Shown here in pieces: positions 36,707 to 49,315 of a stretch of DNA of 63,996 nucleotides (within the stretch, counting starts at the first letter, position 1; every line of letters starts with the position of its first letter). The DNA lies in contig NC_069000.1 of the NCBI RefSeq assembly GCF_001194135.2, forward strand, positions 39,271,724-39,335,719. The letters run 5' to 3'. The notes below the pieces were generated by a model. The model was not told where the DNA came from. It ran no database searches and was given only the letters and a program-made list of their open reading frames with translations. The position numbers and the translations under genes are program-made. This DNA is from Octopus bimaculoides. Its lineage: Eukaryota.

Positions 36707-36937
36707 TATTTCTTTATTGCCCACAAGGGGCTAAACATAGAGCGGACAGACAAGGACAAACAAAGGGATTAAGTCGATTACATCGACCCCAGTGCGTAAC
36801 TGATACGTATTTCATCGACCCTGAAAGGATGAAAGGCAAAGTCGACCTCGGCGGAATTTGACCTCAGAACGTAAAGACAGACGAAATACCGCTAAGCATT
36901 TCGCCCGGCGTGCTAACGTTTCTGCCAGCTCATCGCC
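36707..36937 (-). mobile_element. SINE family B variant with a different 3' tail
   Basis: Same head and core as family B, but the tail is ...TTTGTCCTTGTCTGTCCGCTCTATGTTTAGCCCCTTGTGGGCAATAAAGAAATA. Confidence 0.88.
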
Positions 36938-37504
36938 TTTGTATATAATATTATCATCGACATCATTATCATCGTCGTTGTAGTCGCCGTTTTCGTTGCA
37001 GTCATCATCGTCGTCATCGTCATCATTGTTGTCGTCCTTGCTATTTTCGTCATCACCGCTGTCAGAAATGCTATAGACGGTAATATCCACTACTTTGAGA
37101 ACAATGAATATGCACCAATGTAACGTTGATATTTGCTATTGATCTCTAGTGTCATTCTACACGATAAAGCTTATTTGGCAGCATCCGTTATATATTGATG
37201 AAGTTAAAGGTAATTGTGATAAAAAAAAGAATGGCGATGGATGGAATCCGATAAGGTAGAACTACGGTAAAATACATATGAAAGTAAACATGTAAACGTA
37301 GGCAGTCGTTACTTATAACACTAAAGAACCGAGATCTGATGTTTCACCTGCTAGTCACGCTAAATATAATGGTGGTTATCACGTGAACAGTGTAGAGAGT
37401 TACATGATATACTAAGCAGGTAAAAAGCGCGGCTTGCAATAATAATTTTCAGCATGACAATGCTATGGTATTGATTATGACACATTTTTTATGGAATTCA
37501 TATA

Positions 37505-37594
37505 GAAGAACAAGAACAAGAAGAACAAGAACAAGAAGAAGAAGAACAACAAGAAGAAGAACAACAAGAAGAAGAAGATGAAAAGATGAAGACG

Positions 37595-37626
<32 letters not shown>

Positions 37627-37632
37627 GAAGAA

Positions 37633-37692
<60 letters not shown>
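37505..37692. repeat. Compound microsatellite (AAGAAC)/(GAA)n then (AGT)n
   Basis: Direct reading of the sequence. Confidence 0.95.
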
Positions 37693-37693
<1 letters not shown>

Positions 37694-38007
37694 TAAATAA
37701 ATCTATGCATAGAAACTAGAAAAGCTGCAAAATATAGAGAAAAGGATTTGCAATATTCTCATTGTCCAAAACCGTGACTTCATAGGAGATTCTTATATCA
37801 TAGCCTCTTTTCATCTTTATAATTTCTAAATGCCATCATCGTCTCCACTTTTCCTCATAAGATATTAAAAACGTCTACACATTTCGTACATTTCGTACCT
37901 ATTATTTGTACTCCTCTTTGTAACCGCTAGAAACTTTCGATAAAGCCTTTTCTTATTTTTGTAAATTATAGCACATATTTTATTAATATTTTTTCATTAT
38001 CTTCGGG

Positions 38008-38226
38008 GCTGCAAGCTGGCTGAAACGTTAGCACGCCGGGCGAAATGTTTAACGGTATTTCGTCTGTCTTTACGTTCTGAGTTCAAATTATGCCGAGGTC
38101 GACTTCCCCTTTCATTTTTTTTCGCGATCAATAAATTAAGTACCAGTTGTGTTATGGGTCGATCCAATCGACTAGCCCTCTACACCAAAAAACATTTCGG
38201 GTCTTGTGCCTAGCGTAGAAAAGAAT
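38008..38226 (+). mobile_element. SINE family B (full length)
   Basis: GCTGGCTGAAACGTTAGCACGCCGGGCGAAATG...GAGTTCAAATT..GCCGAGGTCGAC...AATTAAGTACCAGTTG...CTTGTGCCTAGCGTAGAAAAGAA. Confidence 0.9.
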
Positions 38227-38831
38227 TTTAAAATTTATTTTTGTTTTATATTACTTCATATTTCTTCATATGTTTTATATGCGATGTATAATATTTTTCT
38301 TTCCTTTTCACTTGCCATATTCAGTCTATCACCTGTCGTTGACGTTTTAAATTTCTTATTGTCGTTGGCGGTAGATTTCGCTCAGCACGAGATTAGCTCC
38401 AAGTACGTCCTGCCTACAAAAATCGTGAAGGCAGAAATTACTATCCAACATTCTCTGCTACCCACTGTTGATATTAATTGAATTTTTAAACGCAACAGAT
38501 CCATACGAAATTCTACCTCCGGACTATCACAACAGTACATTTCTGTTCGCGTGATATATTTCCCCTAGAAATGTTAATCTAATACTGTTTCCGATGCATA
38601 TAACGGACACAAAATAACATTGCTACATTCTAAAATCCATTATTAACATGTCTTGAAAACCTAGATAAAATATATTTCAATATAATATACTTTGCATTCA
38701 TAATGTTACGATCAGACAAATTATAATGTAAGAAAAAGGGATAAACTTCTGATCTCAACAACAAAGTATTCAAACAGGGGAGTAAATATTCATAGATGGA
38801 GATTATGTCCATGTCTCAATTGTTTCAAGGT

Positions 38832-39085
38832 AGGTGGTGAACGGTCCGACCCGTATGCAGCTCCGTCTCTCGTTTTTCGTACTATCCGTGCCAAAACTCT
38901 CGCTGTCTTCCTCACTCCACTTTTTAACAGGAAGTACGAGATTACCTGCCTTGCTCGTTAACAGGAAGTGAACGAGGTTACCTGTCTCGTACTATGCTAA
39001 CTTCCTGTATATATATTTGGTTAACCATACCAACGTCACTTCCTTTCTGTTATACAGTCGTTGACAAACGTTCATCTCGCCACCT
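38832..39085. mobile_element. 254-bp element with inverted termini and internal repeats (LTR-like or MITE)
   Basis: Ends AGGTGG-TGAACG and CGTTCA-TCTCG-CCACCT; internal direct repeats TTAACAGGAAGT..CGAG.TTACCTG at 38924 and 38958. No TSD was found. Confidence 0.5.
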
Positions 39086-39334
39086 TCGGAAAATATAGGG
39101 TAAGTTCTCACTCTTCATTATATTTTAGGTATACATAACAATAATTAGAGTAGATGATTTATACTTGGTTTCATCATAACGATTCAATAAAATTTACTCT
39201 TGACACACATTTTAAAAATTTTACTTACCGTACTAAGGTATTAAAACATTAATACATTTGTCCAATACAGACTATTCGCGATATAACTTTTAAAATGAAC
39301 CATAAGCCATGCTAATATTGTGAATTTATAAAGT

Positions 39335-39385
39335 CGGCGTGCTGGCAGAAACGTTAGCACGCCGGTCGAACTGCTTTGCGGTATA
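39335..39385 (+). mobile_element. SINE family B head fragment
   Basis: GGCGTGCTGGCAGAAACGTTAGCACGCCGGTCGAACTGCTTTGCGGTAT; truncated shortly before an (ATAG)n array and a gap. Confidence 0.8.
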
Positions 39386-42300
39386 ACGGCTCTATGAATT
39401 ATTGTGAATTAGATATATATAGATAGATAGATATATATATAGATAGATATATATATATATATAGATAGATAGATAGATATATATAGATAGATAGATATAT
39501 ATAGATAGATAGATATATATAGATAGATAGATATATATAGATAGATAGATATATATANNNNNNNNNNNNNNNNNNNNNNNNNNNNNNNNNNNNNNNNNNN
39601 NNNNNNNNNNNNNNNNNNNNNNNNNNNNNNNNNNNNNNNNNNNNNNNNNNNNNNNNNNNNNNNNNNNNNNNNNNNNNNNNNNNNNNNNNNNNNNNNNNNN
39701 NNNNNNNNNNNNNNNNNNNNNNNNNNNNNNNNNNNNNNNNNNNNNNNNNNNNNNNNNNNNNNNNNNNNNNNNNNNNNNNNNNNNNNNNNNNNNNNNNNNN
39801 NNNNNNNNNNNNNNNNNNNNNNNNNNNNNNNNNNNNNNNNNNNNNNNNNNNNNNNNNNNNNNNNNNNNNNNNNNNNNNNNNNNNNNNNNNNNNNNNNNNN
39901 NNNNNNNNNNNNNNNNNNNNNNNNNNNNNNNNNNNNNNNNNNNNNNNNNNNNNNNNNNNNNNNNNNNNNNNNNNNNNNNNNNNNNNNNNNNNNNNNNNNN
40001 NNNNNNNNNNNNNNNNNNNNNNNNNNNNNNNNNNNNNNNNNNNNNNNNNNNNNNNNNNNNNNNNNNNNNNNNNNNNNNNNNNNNNNNNNNNNNNNNNNNN
40101 NNNNNNNNNNNNNNNNNNNNNNNNNNNNNNNNNNNNNNNNNNNNNNNNNNNNNNNNNNNNNNNNNNNNNNNNNNNNNNNNNNNNNNNNNNNNNNNNNNNN
40201 NNNNNNNNNNNNNNNNNNNNNNNNNNNNNNNNNNNNNNNNNNNNNNNNNNNNNNNNNNNNNNNNNNNNNNNNNNNNNNNNNNNNNNNNNNNNNATATATA
40301 TATATATATATATATATATAGATATATATATATGTGTGTGTGTGTGTATTTTATGTGTGCTTACATGTACGTTTTCGTACATTGTACCGATACATTATGG
40401 ATAGAGAGATTGCATAAAAAAAGAGAATTATATTTTTGAAAGATGAACACGACCTGTATACCAAGATCTTCAAACTTTGATTCAGTTTGAACCCTTTTAC
40501 ATAATGTTGTTGTATTTATAAGTTATGTGTTGTTGTTTTAGGTGTAGATTATGTTTTAGCTCCGGCTGAAACGTGATCGAATTCAATTATGATCAATAGC
40601 CTTCTGTGCAGAGTATTTACGTTTGTATGTTCATAACACGCACAACAGAACACCACAGGTGCGATTGGATTTTGTAGTGCATCACTGCTTCCGCCGTTCC
40701 TCGGTCTTTCCATAGTCTTCTTGTATGTCACTTTTGCACCATTCAAGCGAGAATCCTCCTACCCATCGGATCTGTTTATGAAATCGTTGCTGATGCAGCT
40801 TGAACGTGATCAGAGAGCAAATAGAGAAAATACCCCAGCAGCCTCTTCTAGTCTCTCTTACTTCGTGTCTGTGACTTTCCCTGTTGTCCCACCCCTCCTC
40901 ACTTCCTTATAACAGACATATTTTTAGGGCAACAATATTCGTCATTATTTTGTCCACGGTTAGTCTGAATCACCGGGCTCCGTTCATGACGTTAATTCTC
41001 GGTCATAAACCAAATATTGAGATCCACACTTCAACGTACATTTCCCACAAAAATGTAACAACACTTTATATTTCTGTTATCATCAAAGTTTAAACTGTAA
41101 TACGAATACTTTACCACTTGTGTTCATACATCATTGCATGTACTTACTGATGTTATTATAGTATCCGTAAATAAATCTTCATCAGAATACCGGTAAGTTG
41201 AAACCTTAATATGTAACATAAGTTGTCCTTTCAAGCAAATAGTTACTCCATATAAGTAAGCAAATATAATTGATATATTACTGAAGCAAGCATCCATTAA
41301 CAAATAGAATTTTAAAAAAACCCTGAAAATAAAACATCCATAATCGCGAATCTTTTCGTTGATAGTATCGGTGCTTTGTATATTTATAGCATTAGCAGGT
41401 GAAAGAATAGATTTCACCGTTCTTATCAAACACACTCTAACCTATTTAATTCAAGACTTATCGGTAATATTCTTATGACAGCACGTTTCACTAAAGTGTG
41501 AAGACATCATTTATGAAGCGTCGATTTAGATGTTCTATATATTTAGATCGACGCTGTAAGCGCTGCTGAAATCGATATCAAAATTAATGATGTATTTGTG
41601 TGATGAGTTGTCACCTGAAATACTACAATGAACGTCAATGATTACCTCAAGAGATAATAAATGAGTGTTAAAAGGTGTTTTTATAATTTTATATATCGAT
41701 GTAATAAGTGTAAATGTTTAAGATTAACGGAATCTGATGTTTGTATAGTTAATTTGTTTTATCAGCTTTACCAGATGGCACTTCACATTTCCTTCTCTTA
41801 CTTTCCCTCCCCCGTCACTCATTCTTTTTCTCTCTGTCGCTCGCTTTAAATGCAAAAGTTTATATGTCGTTGTTCTATATATTAATCTCTAAATGAAGTT
41901 AATCTGCCAAGTAAGTACATTTTCTTTCCATTGCTATTTTACTTTTTCCTGTAAGGCAACCGAGAAAAACTTGAGCACGACCGGTTTCATATGTGGTTAC
42001 ACACCCTGCTATAAATACAGCCAGAGCGCCCAGAAACGTCAAAAAAATGTTATCAGCAATTTATGCGTTGACATGGAATGATGTACGCCAGCAATGGCTA
42101 CGTATGTCATGGTTCTATTATTAGGTTTTCAACGGGAGTGAAATCCAGCAAAGTGTCAACGACGTCGATAAAGAGTGATTAAGGAAACACAGAAGGTGGA
42201 AAAGAAATAGGAAACCAAGGTTTCTAACATGGACACCTGGCGTTTTATCTGTCAAATCTTTGCGTCATTAATCTAGTGAAATAATAAAACATTGTCTGCT

Positions 42301-43595
42301 CATGACTGTCAAACAAGATGGTGTAATCTTGTGTCAGGTTGTGGGCTTGCATTGCAAGACACAAAATACACATCATGACAAAAGTGAAATATCAGATATG
42401 ACAAGTGAAATGAGTTCTTGACGAACTAGGGGAGGCAACAGAAAATCCATGAACGCGATTGTTGCCAAGAACCTATAATAGGTAATTTGCCGTGAAGGGT
42501 TAGAAGAACCATTTAGTTTACTGGAAAATGAGCTCAGTAGAGCATTTACAAGTAGATATAACTGGGTGATGGGAAGAAGTAGAGGGTGGAAGAAAGCATT
42601 CTGTAGAAGATAGGAGTTTTGGCTATAAGAAGGAAGAATAAGCAAGGAGTTACTTGACATATAATGGAGGGCACGAGTTGTTATCCGTCGTGAGTGTTAT
42701 CGAGTATACATAGTTATACATAATTGATATACACAAGATATATGTANNNNNNNNNNNNNNNNNNNNNNNNNNNNNNNNNNNNNNNNNNNNNNNNNNNNNN
42801 NNNNNNNNNNNNNNNNNNNNNNNNNNNNNNNNNNNNNNNNNNNNNNNNNNNNNNNNNNNNNNNNNNNNNNNNNNNNNNNNNNNNNNNNNNNNNNNNNNNN
42901 NNNNNNNNNNNNNNNNNNNNNNNNNNNNNNNNNNNNNNNNNNNNNNNNNNNNNNNNNNNNNNNNNNNNNNNNNNNNNNNNNNNNNNNNNNNNNNNNNNNN
43001 NNNNNNNNNNNNNNNNNNNNNNNNNNNNNNNNNNNNNNNNNNNNNNNNNNNNNNNNNNNNNNNNNNNNNNNNNNNNNNNNNNNNNNNNNNNNNNNNNNNN
43101 NNNNNNNNNNNNATATATATATATATATATATATACATACATACATACATGTACATATATAGGTGTGTATGTGTACATGAGTGTTGAATATGCAAATATA
43201 TTACAGCTCTAGACCTGAAGGTGCTATCAGTACAATCAAAAGTATAGAAGAATCACAAATTTTACAAATGTAGCATACGCAACGTATATGCAGTATTTGC
43301 TTCTTTTAAAACGTTTACACTCGCCAGACTCTTTTATGTTACTGCATTTTTACATTCTTTTTCCCATATAACAGTTTAAAAATAGACAAAGCTCATCATC
43401 TTGAAAGCATTAATGCAAAATATTCCCATGTCTCATTTTAATTCCTTCCGTTTCTAATAGAATGTCTTAGTATGGATGTCTTAATATGAAATTATATCTT
43501 AAAAAATTAATGTCTTAATACGAATGTCAAATATAAATGACTTAATATAAAGTCATATCTAAGAAATTTAATTTTTCTATATCGATAAGCTTTAT

Positions 43596-43639
<44 letters not shown>

Positions 43640-45039
43640 CCTGCGTGTCTTGACATTTTATTGGTTAAAATGTAAGTTTATGATCCGCAGATAGTATTGA
43701 AGTCGTTCCTATGCGCTATGTAATTGTATCCCATAACTCGTATTTATTTCTACTTTGGTATGTATGATATTTGTGTAACTAACATTATCTGATATTTTTA
43801 AGCATATATATATATATTTTTCAATATTTTCCTTCACGTGAATCGGCAACATCATCAATTCTGTTAAAACTATTTTGAGTGTAAAACTTTGTTTGACATT
43901 TTTTGAAGATTTTACAGTTTTAAAATCACGTTACAGGAAATAACTGTTATGGCATCAAAATGGAAATTATTACATTACTCAAAACTTGTTCACCATCCAA
44001 AATGAATGTATAAAGCTATTTACTGGAATCATTATTCTGCTTGAACAGCACAGTGTGAAATGTTCATTTTCATTTGATGTTCCAAAATAAAATATCGTTC
44101 TTATATACCTTTTAATTACTAGCATGATACTTCAAGTTGATGGAGAGCTCCAAGTTTTCTTGTTTCCTGATAACAGTTAAAGCAATAAGGAAATAATGTC
44201 CAAAACATTTCTTGCCATAAAACTTCTCCTGTATTCTTAAAATTATCGGAATCTTCGTTAAAAAAAACCAACGCATTGACTGCGATATATCTACAAATAT
44301 TTATGTCGCGACACAGTGAGAAATGTATATGTAGGAAACAAGTGTCTTTCCTACGAAGTATATTGTACAATCACTACATCACTGCAGCTAATTCTACCCA
44401 GATTTGTAACGAACAATACTGGCACAGCAAGTGTATATGTTTATAAATGTATATACGAAACTCACTATATATGTATTTGTGTACGTATGTAGATGAATCT
44501 TGGCGGGATTAGAAGTTTGAATTTTGATTTGAAGAACAAGGAAGGAGCCACATAGAATATTTATAGTTATTTGTCACTCACCTCTAAAAATAATGTATAG
44601 TATCTAGTCATAGTTAATCCTGTATAACACCATTATATTCTTTTTACAAATATAAAACGTGACATAACTCGAGACAAGTAAACAAACATTTTACTAAGCA
44701 AGACATTTCTTACAGATGAAAAACAATTATTGTTTGGAAGACATTCATGGAATGTATGTTTTCTTTTCCATTTTTCTCTATACATTTTTCTAATTCTATG
44801 CACGACATTCTTTCATTCCCGGTTCCCTTCTTTAACACTTCAAATACTTTCACCTCTAACTTTCCTTAATTTCCAACTTTGAAATCTTTGTTTTCGCTCA
44901 GTGACTTTGGTGCGTGTTACCAGCATTAAAGTTCTTATTAACACAATCGTTATTCATGAATATACATTTTATCTCTAAAGCAAACTAATTGTATAATTTC
45001 TTATCGTATTGTACCAAAAGACAATTTCTTACTTCTTCA

Positions 45040-45200
45040 TTTCAATGTTCTCCATCTTCTTTTGTCTTATTTCTGTCGACTCTTTCTCCTAGACACCATT
45101 TCGTTTCTCCGGTATTATAGTTTCCTATATATCTGTGCAAGTTATTTGATTGTGATTAATGCGCCGTTCCTTCCAATTTCCCTTATGTCTCATTATGTGT
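45040..45200 (-). pseudogene. Decayed GIY-YIG endonuclease fragment (Penelope-like)
   Basis: The minus strand reads, with shifts, QITCTD..RKL*..TGETKWCLGERV...GEH, resembling the ITCxxCxxxYIGETxRxLxxRxxEH motif. Confidence 0.45.
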
Positions 45201-45839
45201 TCTATTGTCTAACAAAGTTGATATTCTATCACATTTGCTCCAGGCTTATATTTATATAATTTATCAAACGTTAAATATCTGAAATGCTAAGTACTATATT
45301 ATAAGCTTATAAACTGTATTACACCAACAGAAGTAAATATCGATTTCAAATCTTATATTCCTACTATACAATCGACTGTGTCCTATAAAATATTTACTTC
45401 TAGGTGTAGTTGATGAGATGCAGGAAATGTTAACAGTAACCAATAAGTAATTATCTTCATTTTAACTCCTAATATCTACTTTCAAGCTCATTATAAAGAC
45501 AAAGTAATAATTCCTTACATATACGTTGACAACGCACGCAAGCACACAAAGACAGGCGCGCGCGCGCTAAAATATACACATACATATAGTCACAGACATG
45601 TAAATATATTGATAGTTCAAAATTCAAGATTGCCTACCTGTAATTTAGAAATTTATCTGTATGGTATATGCTTACTAAGCTAAATTATTTAATATTCTCA
45701 CTCAATTATACACGCTTTCTCGACTTCGTTATCACTTGCGAAAAGAAAGCTTGCACCCTTCACACACTATCCCTAAAACACACATTCACATACATGTTAT
45801 GCGTATACATACACATATGCATTCCTCTGATAATACTCA

Positions 45840-45890
<51 letters not shown>

Positions 45891-46262
45891 ACACACACAC
45901 ATAAACGCTCACACGAACATAAATATATTTATAAGCACGGAAACGCGTGTACATACACACAGATAAATAGTCAGACAGACAGTAGGCAGATGATAGAGAG
46001 CTACAAAAAGAGTCAGATTGATTGATTGATTGATAAATTTATTGATTCATTGAACAATTTGATTACATTATATGTATAGATATATACACATATATAGTTA
46101 GAGAAATCTGACCATGCAGAGTAACCCGTTTTTTTTATATTTTGCATATTAAATAATTTCATTTTAAGTATGGATAATATTGACTTTAGAGAGTTCACTA
46201 CAATTATTCAAGGCTTCAGTACGATACAGACTCCTAAAATAAATGCATTGTGTGAGCAGTCC

Positions 46263-46309
<47 letters not shown>

Positions 46310-46388
46310 TTGCGCGGAGTTGTGTCCCCTTGACTGTCTGTGGTTTGTGTTAGATAAGCGTGGGTTCATTTCTGCGTATGTTTTTGGT

Positions 46389-46766
46389 TTAATTTTTCTT
46401 CAAGAAGGGGTTCGCCGATGCGAATTCTATGTTAAACTGTGTTTCGTAGTTAATAAAGAAATTGGCTTGTTTTCCCCAGCGTTGTAGGGAGCTTGTTTCT
46501 TCAGCTTCACAAGCTGTTTTCCACAGTTTAAAGACCCTTTGTAAGCGTTGACCATCTGAATGTTTCTTTAATTCGTTGTAGATTTCCTCATCTATGTTTT
46601 TAAATTTCTGTTCATTGCTCAGCGCTCGAAGCTTCTGGAGTTCTATTTCTGTCTTCATTTTTCCCAGTGTTAGTTTCTCCCTTAATTGTCTTTGTTGGTC
46701 CTGTTCGTTTGGAATGCGTTTAATTTGGAATTTATGCGGCAGAATTATTGGTGTAGAGTTTAACAT
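46389..46766 (-). other. 125-codon stop-free reading frame, probably TE-derived, function unknown
   Basis: Charged, helical composition (QLREKLTLGKMKTEIELQKLR...LWKTACEAEETSSLQRW) unlike the microsatellite ORFs. It is cut off upstream by (TA)n and a gap. Confidence 0.4.
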
Positions 46767-46773
46767 TGTGAGG

Positions 46774-46809
<36 letters not shown>

Positions 46810-46810
<1 letters not shown>

Positions 46811-46918
46811 GTATATATTTATATGTATATATTTATATGTATATATTTATATGTATATATTTATATGTATATATTTATATGTATATATTTATATGTATAT
46901 ATTTATATGTATATATTT
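46810..46918. repeat. 14-bp minisatellite (GTATATATTTATAT)n
   Basis: About 8 exact tandem units running into an N gap. Confidence 0.9.
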
Positions 46919-47759
46919 NNNNNNNNNNNNNNNNNNNNNNNNNNNNNNNNNNNNNNNNNNNNNNNNNNNNNNNNNNNNNNNNNNNNNNNNNNNNNNNNNN
47001 NNNNNNNNNNNNNNNNNNNNNNNNNNNNNNNNNNNNNNNNNNNNNNNNNNNNNNNNNNNNNNNNNNNNNNNNNNNNNNNNNNNNNNNNNNNNNNNNNNNN
47101 NNNNNNNNNNNNNNNNNNNNNNNNNNNNNNNNNNNNNNNNNNNTATATATATATATGCCTGTGTGAGTGCCCGCGCGCGGGGTAGTGGATGTGTGTCTGT
47201 ACGCGCGCGTCTGTGTTTCGTGGCTGTACTTAACGAAGATGTTCTTGAGTGTCCGTGGGTGGCTAAACCATCTATTGATGCGGCATTATACATCATTTGT
47301 TTTCTAGTAATTTCTTAATTGTCGTTAATCCTTTTAGATTTGACATAAAAAAGGAATTCTATCTTAGTATCATTAACTTCTTCTGTAATATGAAAGTACA
47401 AGACAAGCTGAAGATACGTAATTTGGGAGTGACTATTGTTTGGCTTCATTCCTCCTGAGTGATAAAACATAAGTATAATGAAATTAGCAATTAAACCAAC
47501 GTCGATACATAGGAGAATGCGTTCTTAATGAATAGGTTTGGGACAATGTTGATTAAATTCTTCAGATCTTAGAATGTAACTGTCATTTTAAACATTTTCT
47601 ATTATTTAGTAATATTCCTAGAATACACCATAGGCGTTATAAATAGCGTTTGTGTAATGTCTAATGAAGATAAGGTGCTATTTTCGTGAATCAATCAGAG
47701 GCAACGTTTGTTCAAACTTTTGTGTAATCTTTTACATTTTTTTCACCACTATATTTTAA

Positions 47760-47847
47760 TGGTACTTGTGTTCGATCTCATTGACTGACACCTTGGGCGA
47801 TTATTTTCAACTGTAGCTTCGGGCGGGCCATAGGTTTTTAATGGACT

Positions 47848-47850
<3 letters not shown>
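47760..47850 (+). mobile_element. SINE family A, 5' fragment (old)
   Basis: GTTCGATCTC...CACCTTGGGCGA...CTGTAGCTTCGGGCGGGCCA. Confidence 0.55.
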
Positions 47851-47910
<60 letters not shown>

Positions 47911-47970
47911 GAATATTAAATCTCTGAGCGGGCAGTAAACAGCAGCAGTACGGAATGGTAAAATATAATT

Positions 47971-48060
47971 GCTAACTAAATGTGGCGGTCCCATTTAGGA
48001 CGATGCTAATGTTGTTTTTATCCCCAGGAGGACATCTCCTCCAGCTGGCTAACGACACAG
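47971..48060 (-). mobile_element. Family D repeat, partial second copy
   Basis: The reverse complement matches 16924-17010; the hammerhead-bearing part is absent. Confidence 0.65.
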
Positions 48061-48139
48061 TGTGCCGTTGGAAATTAAATTTTGCGATATATACCTACAT
48101 ACATATATATATATGAACAGGTTTGAAAGAAAAAGACTG

Positions 48140-48230
48140 CTGAGACCCCCTTCGGTCATGACTGACCATGGCATTGCACCTAGAAAGTTACCCTCCCAGG
48201 CACAAGTTCGGGCAAGGTTGTTTATGGAAC
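48140..48230 (+). mobile_element. Fragment of a GC-richer repeat (possibly a LINE 5' UTR)
   Basis: GAGACCCCCTTCGGTCATGACTGACCATGG...GGGCAAGGTTGTTTATGGAA resembles a repeat I recall from octopus DNA. There is no second copy in this window. Confidence 0.3.
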
Positions 48231-48244
48231 CTCTTTATGGACCT

Positions 48245-48815
48245 CTTGTGATTCCAGACGAATAGACAGTGTCCAATGAAAGCATTTAGACTCCACTAGG
48301 AAACTCACTGTTCTCCTTTTTCGATAGCAAGGGCATATTCTACATCCAGTGTGTTCCCTATAGCCTGATGAACAAGAAGAGTAGTTTGTGAAAGTTTTAA
48401 GGGAGTTCAAAAAGAGATTTCTTCACAAAATGTCACACCTCTTGCACTTGGACAGGTGGCAGTTGTACCCGGACAATGTACCAGATCAAAAACCGGTAAC
48501 TAAATACTTTACCGAGGTGGCCATCAGAACTGTAGCTTCACCTTCCCTGCAGTCCAGACTTTTCTCCCTTTGACGTTCGGTTATTCTCCAAGCTGAAGGA
48601 GATCCTTAGGTGCAGTTATTTGGAACACATTCCGAAGATAAATGTAGTATGAAGGCAACTGAACACCTTCAATTTGGAGGACTTCGTCAGAGCCTTCTCG
48701 AAGTGATTGGAGCGCGACAGAAACTGAATTAAGGTGAGGGGATCCTATTTAAAAGGTGTGAAATAAATAAATGTCTCTCCTGAAAAATCTCAAAATTTCT
48801 GCAATGAACCACGTG
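48245..48815 (+). mobile_element. Mariner 3' half (catalytic region), decayed
   Basis: With shifts it reads FFDSKGIFYI..VP...VKVLREF...WQLYPDNVP...VTKYFTEVAIRTV...SPDFSPFD..LFSKLKEIL...EDF..AFSK*LER. It ends in the TIR-like TGCAATGAACCACGTG followed by TA. Confidence 0.8.
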
Positions 48816-49149
48816 TAATAACCAATGGTTATATCTATAATATTTCTAAAATGCAATATAAAATATAAACCCGTTCGAAATGACGGTAATTGTTTCTCTT
48901 GTATCAGATTTATACGATGACTGAATGAATAACGTTGCGAAAATGTTTGCGGGGCAGAAGATACGAAAAGACATAAATAACGGAGAGCAGAATGATGAAG
49001 AATAAAACCTGCATTATTCTTATGATTTATCATACTACACATATTTCATTAATGAAAGAACTGTGTATCTCCTGCAGTTACTTTGACATATTGTACATAA
49101 AACATAATGGTTTCAAACATTTGGCATAGGACGAGCAATATTTGGATGC

Positions 49150-49315
49150 GAATGTTAGTCTGTTACATTGACCTCGAGTGATCTGTTATTTATTTTGTCA
49201 ACAGAATAAAGGTTAAAGTGTCAGGTCGACGTCAACAGAATTTGAATTTAGGACGTGAAGGACTGGAAAAAATGACTCTTTGTACACCTACGATGCGCTA
49301 ACGACTCTGCCAACT
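49150..49315 (-). mobile_element. SINE family B (old copy)
   Basis: GGTCGACGTCAACAGAATTTGAATTTAGGACGT...GCGCTAACGACTCTGCCAAC. Confidence 0.6.

Noticed and set aside
46810-46918. Regular repeat array considered as CRISPR-like
   Set aside because: It is a spacerless AT minisatellite in eukaryotic DNA, and no cas genes are present.
48364-48400. CTGATGA...GAAA hammerhead-like spacing
   Set aside because: It lies inside mariner coding sequence and has no stem I or stem III.
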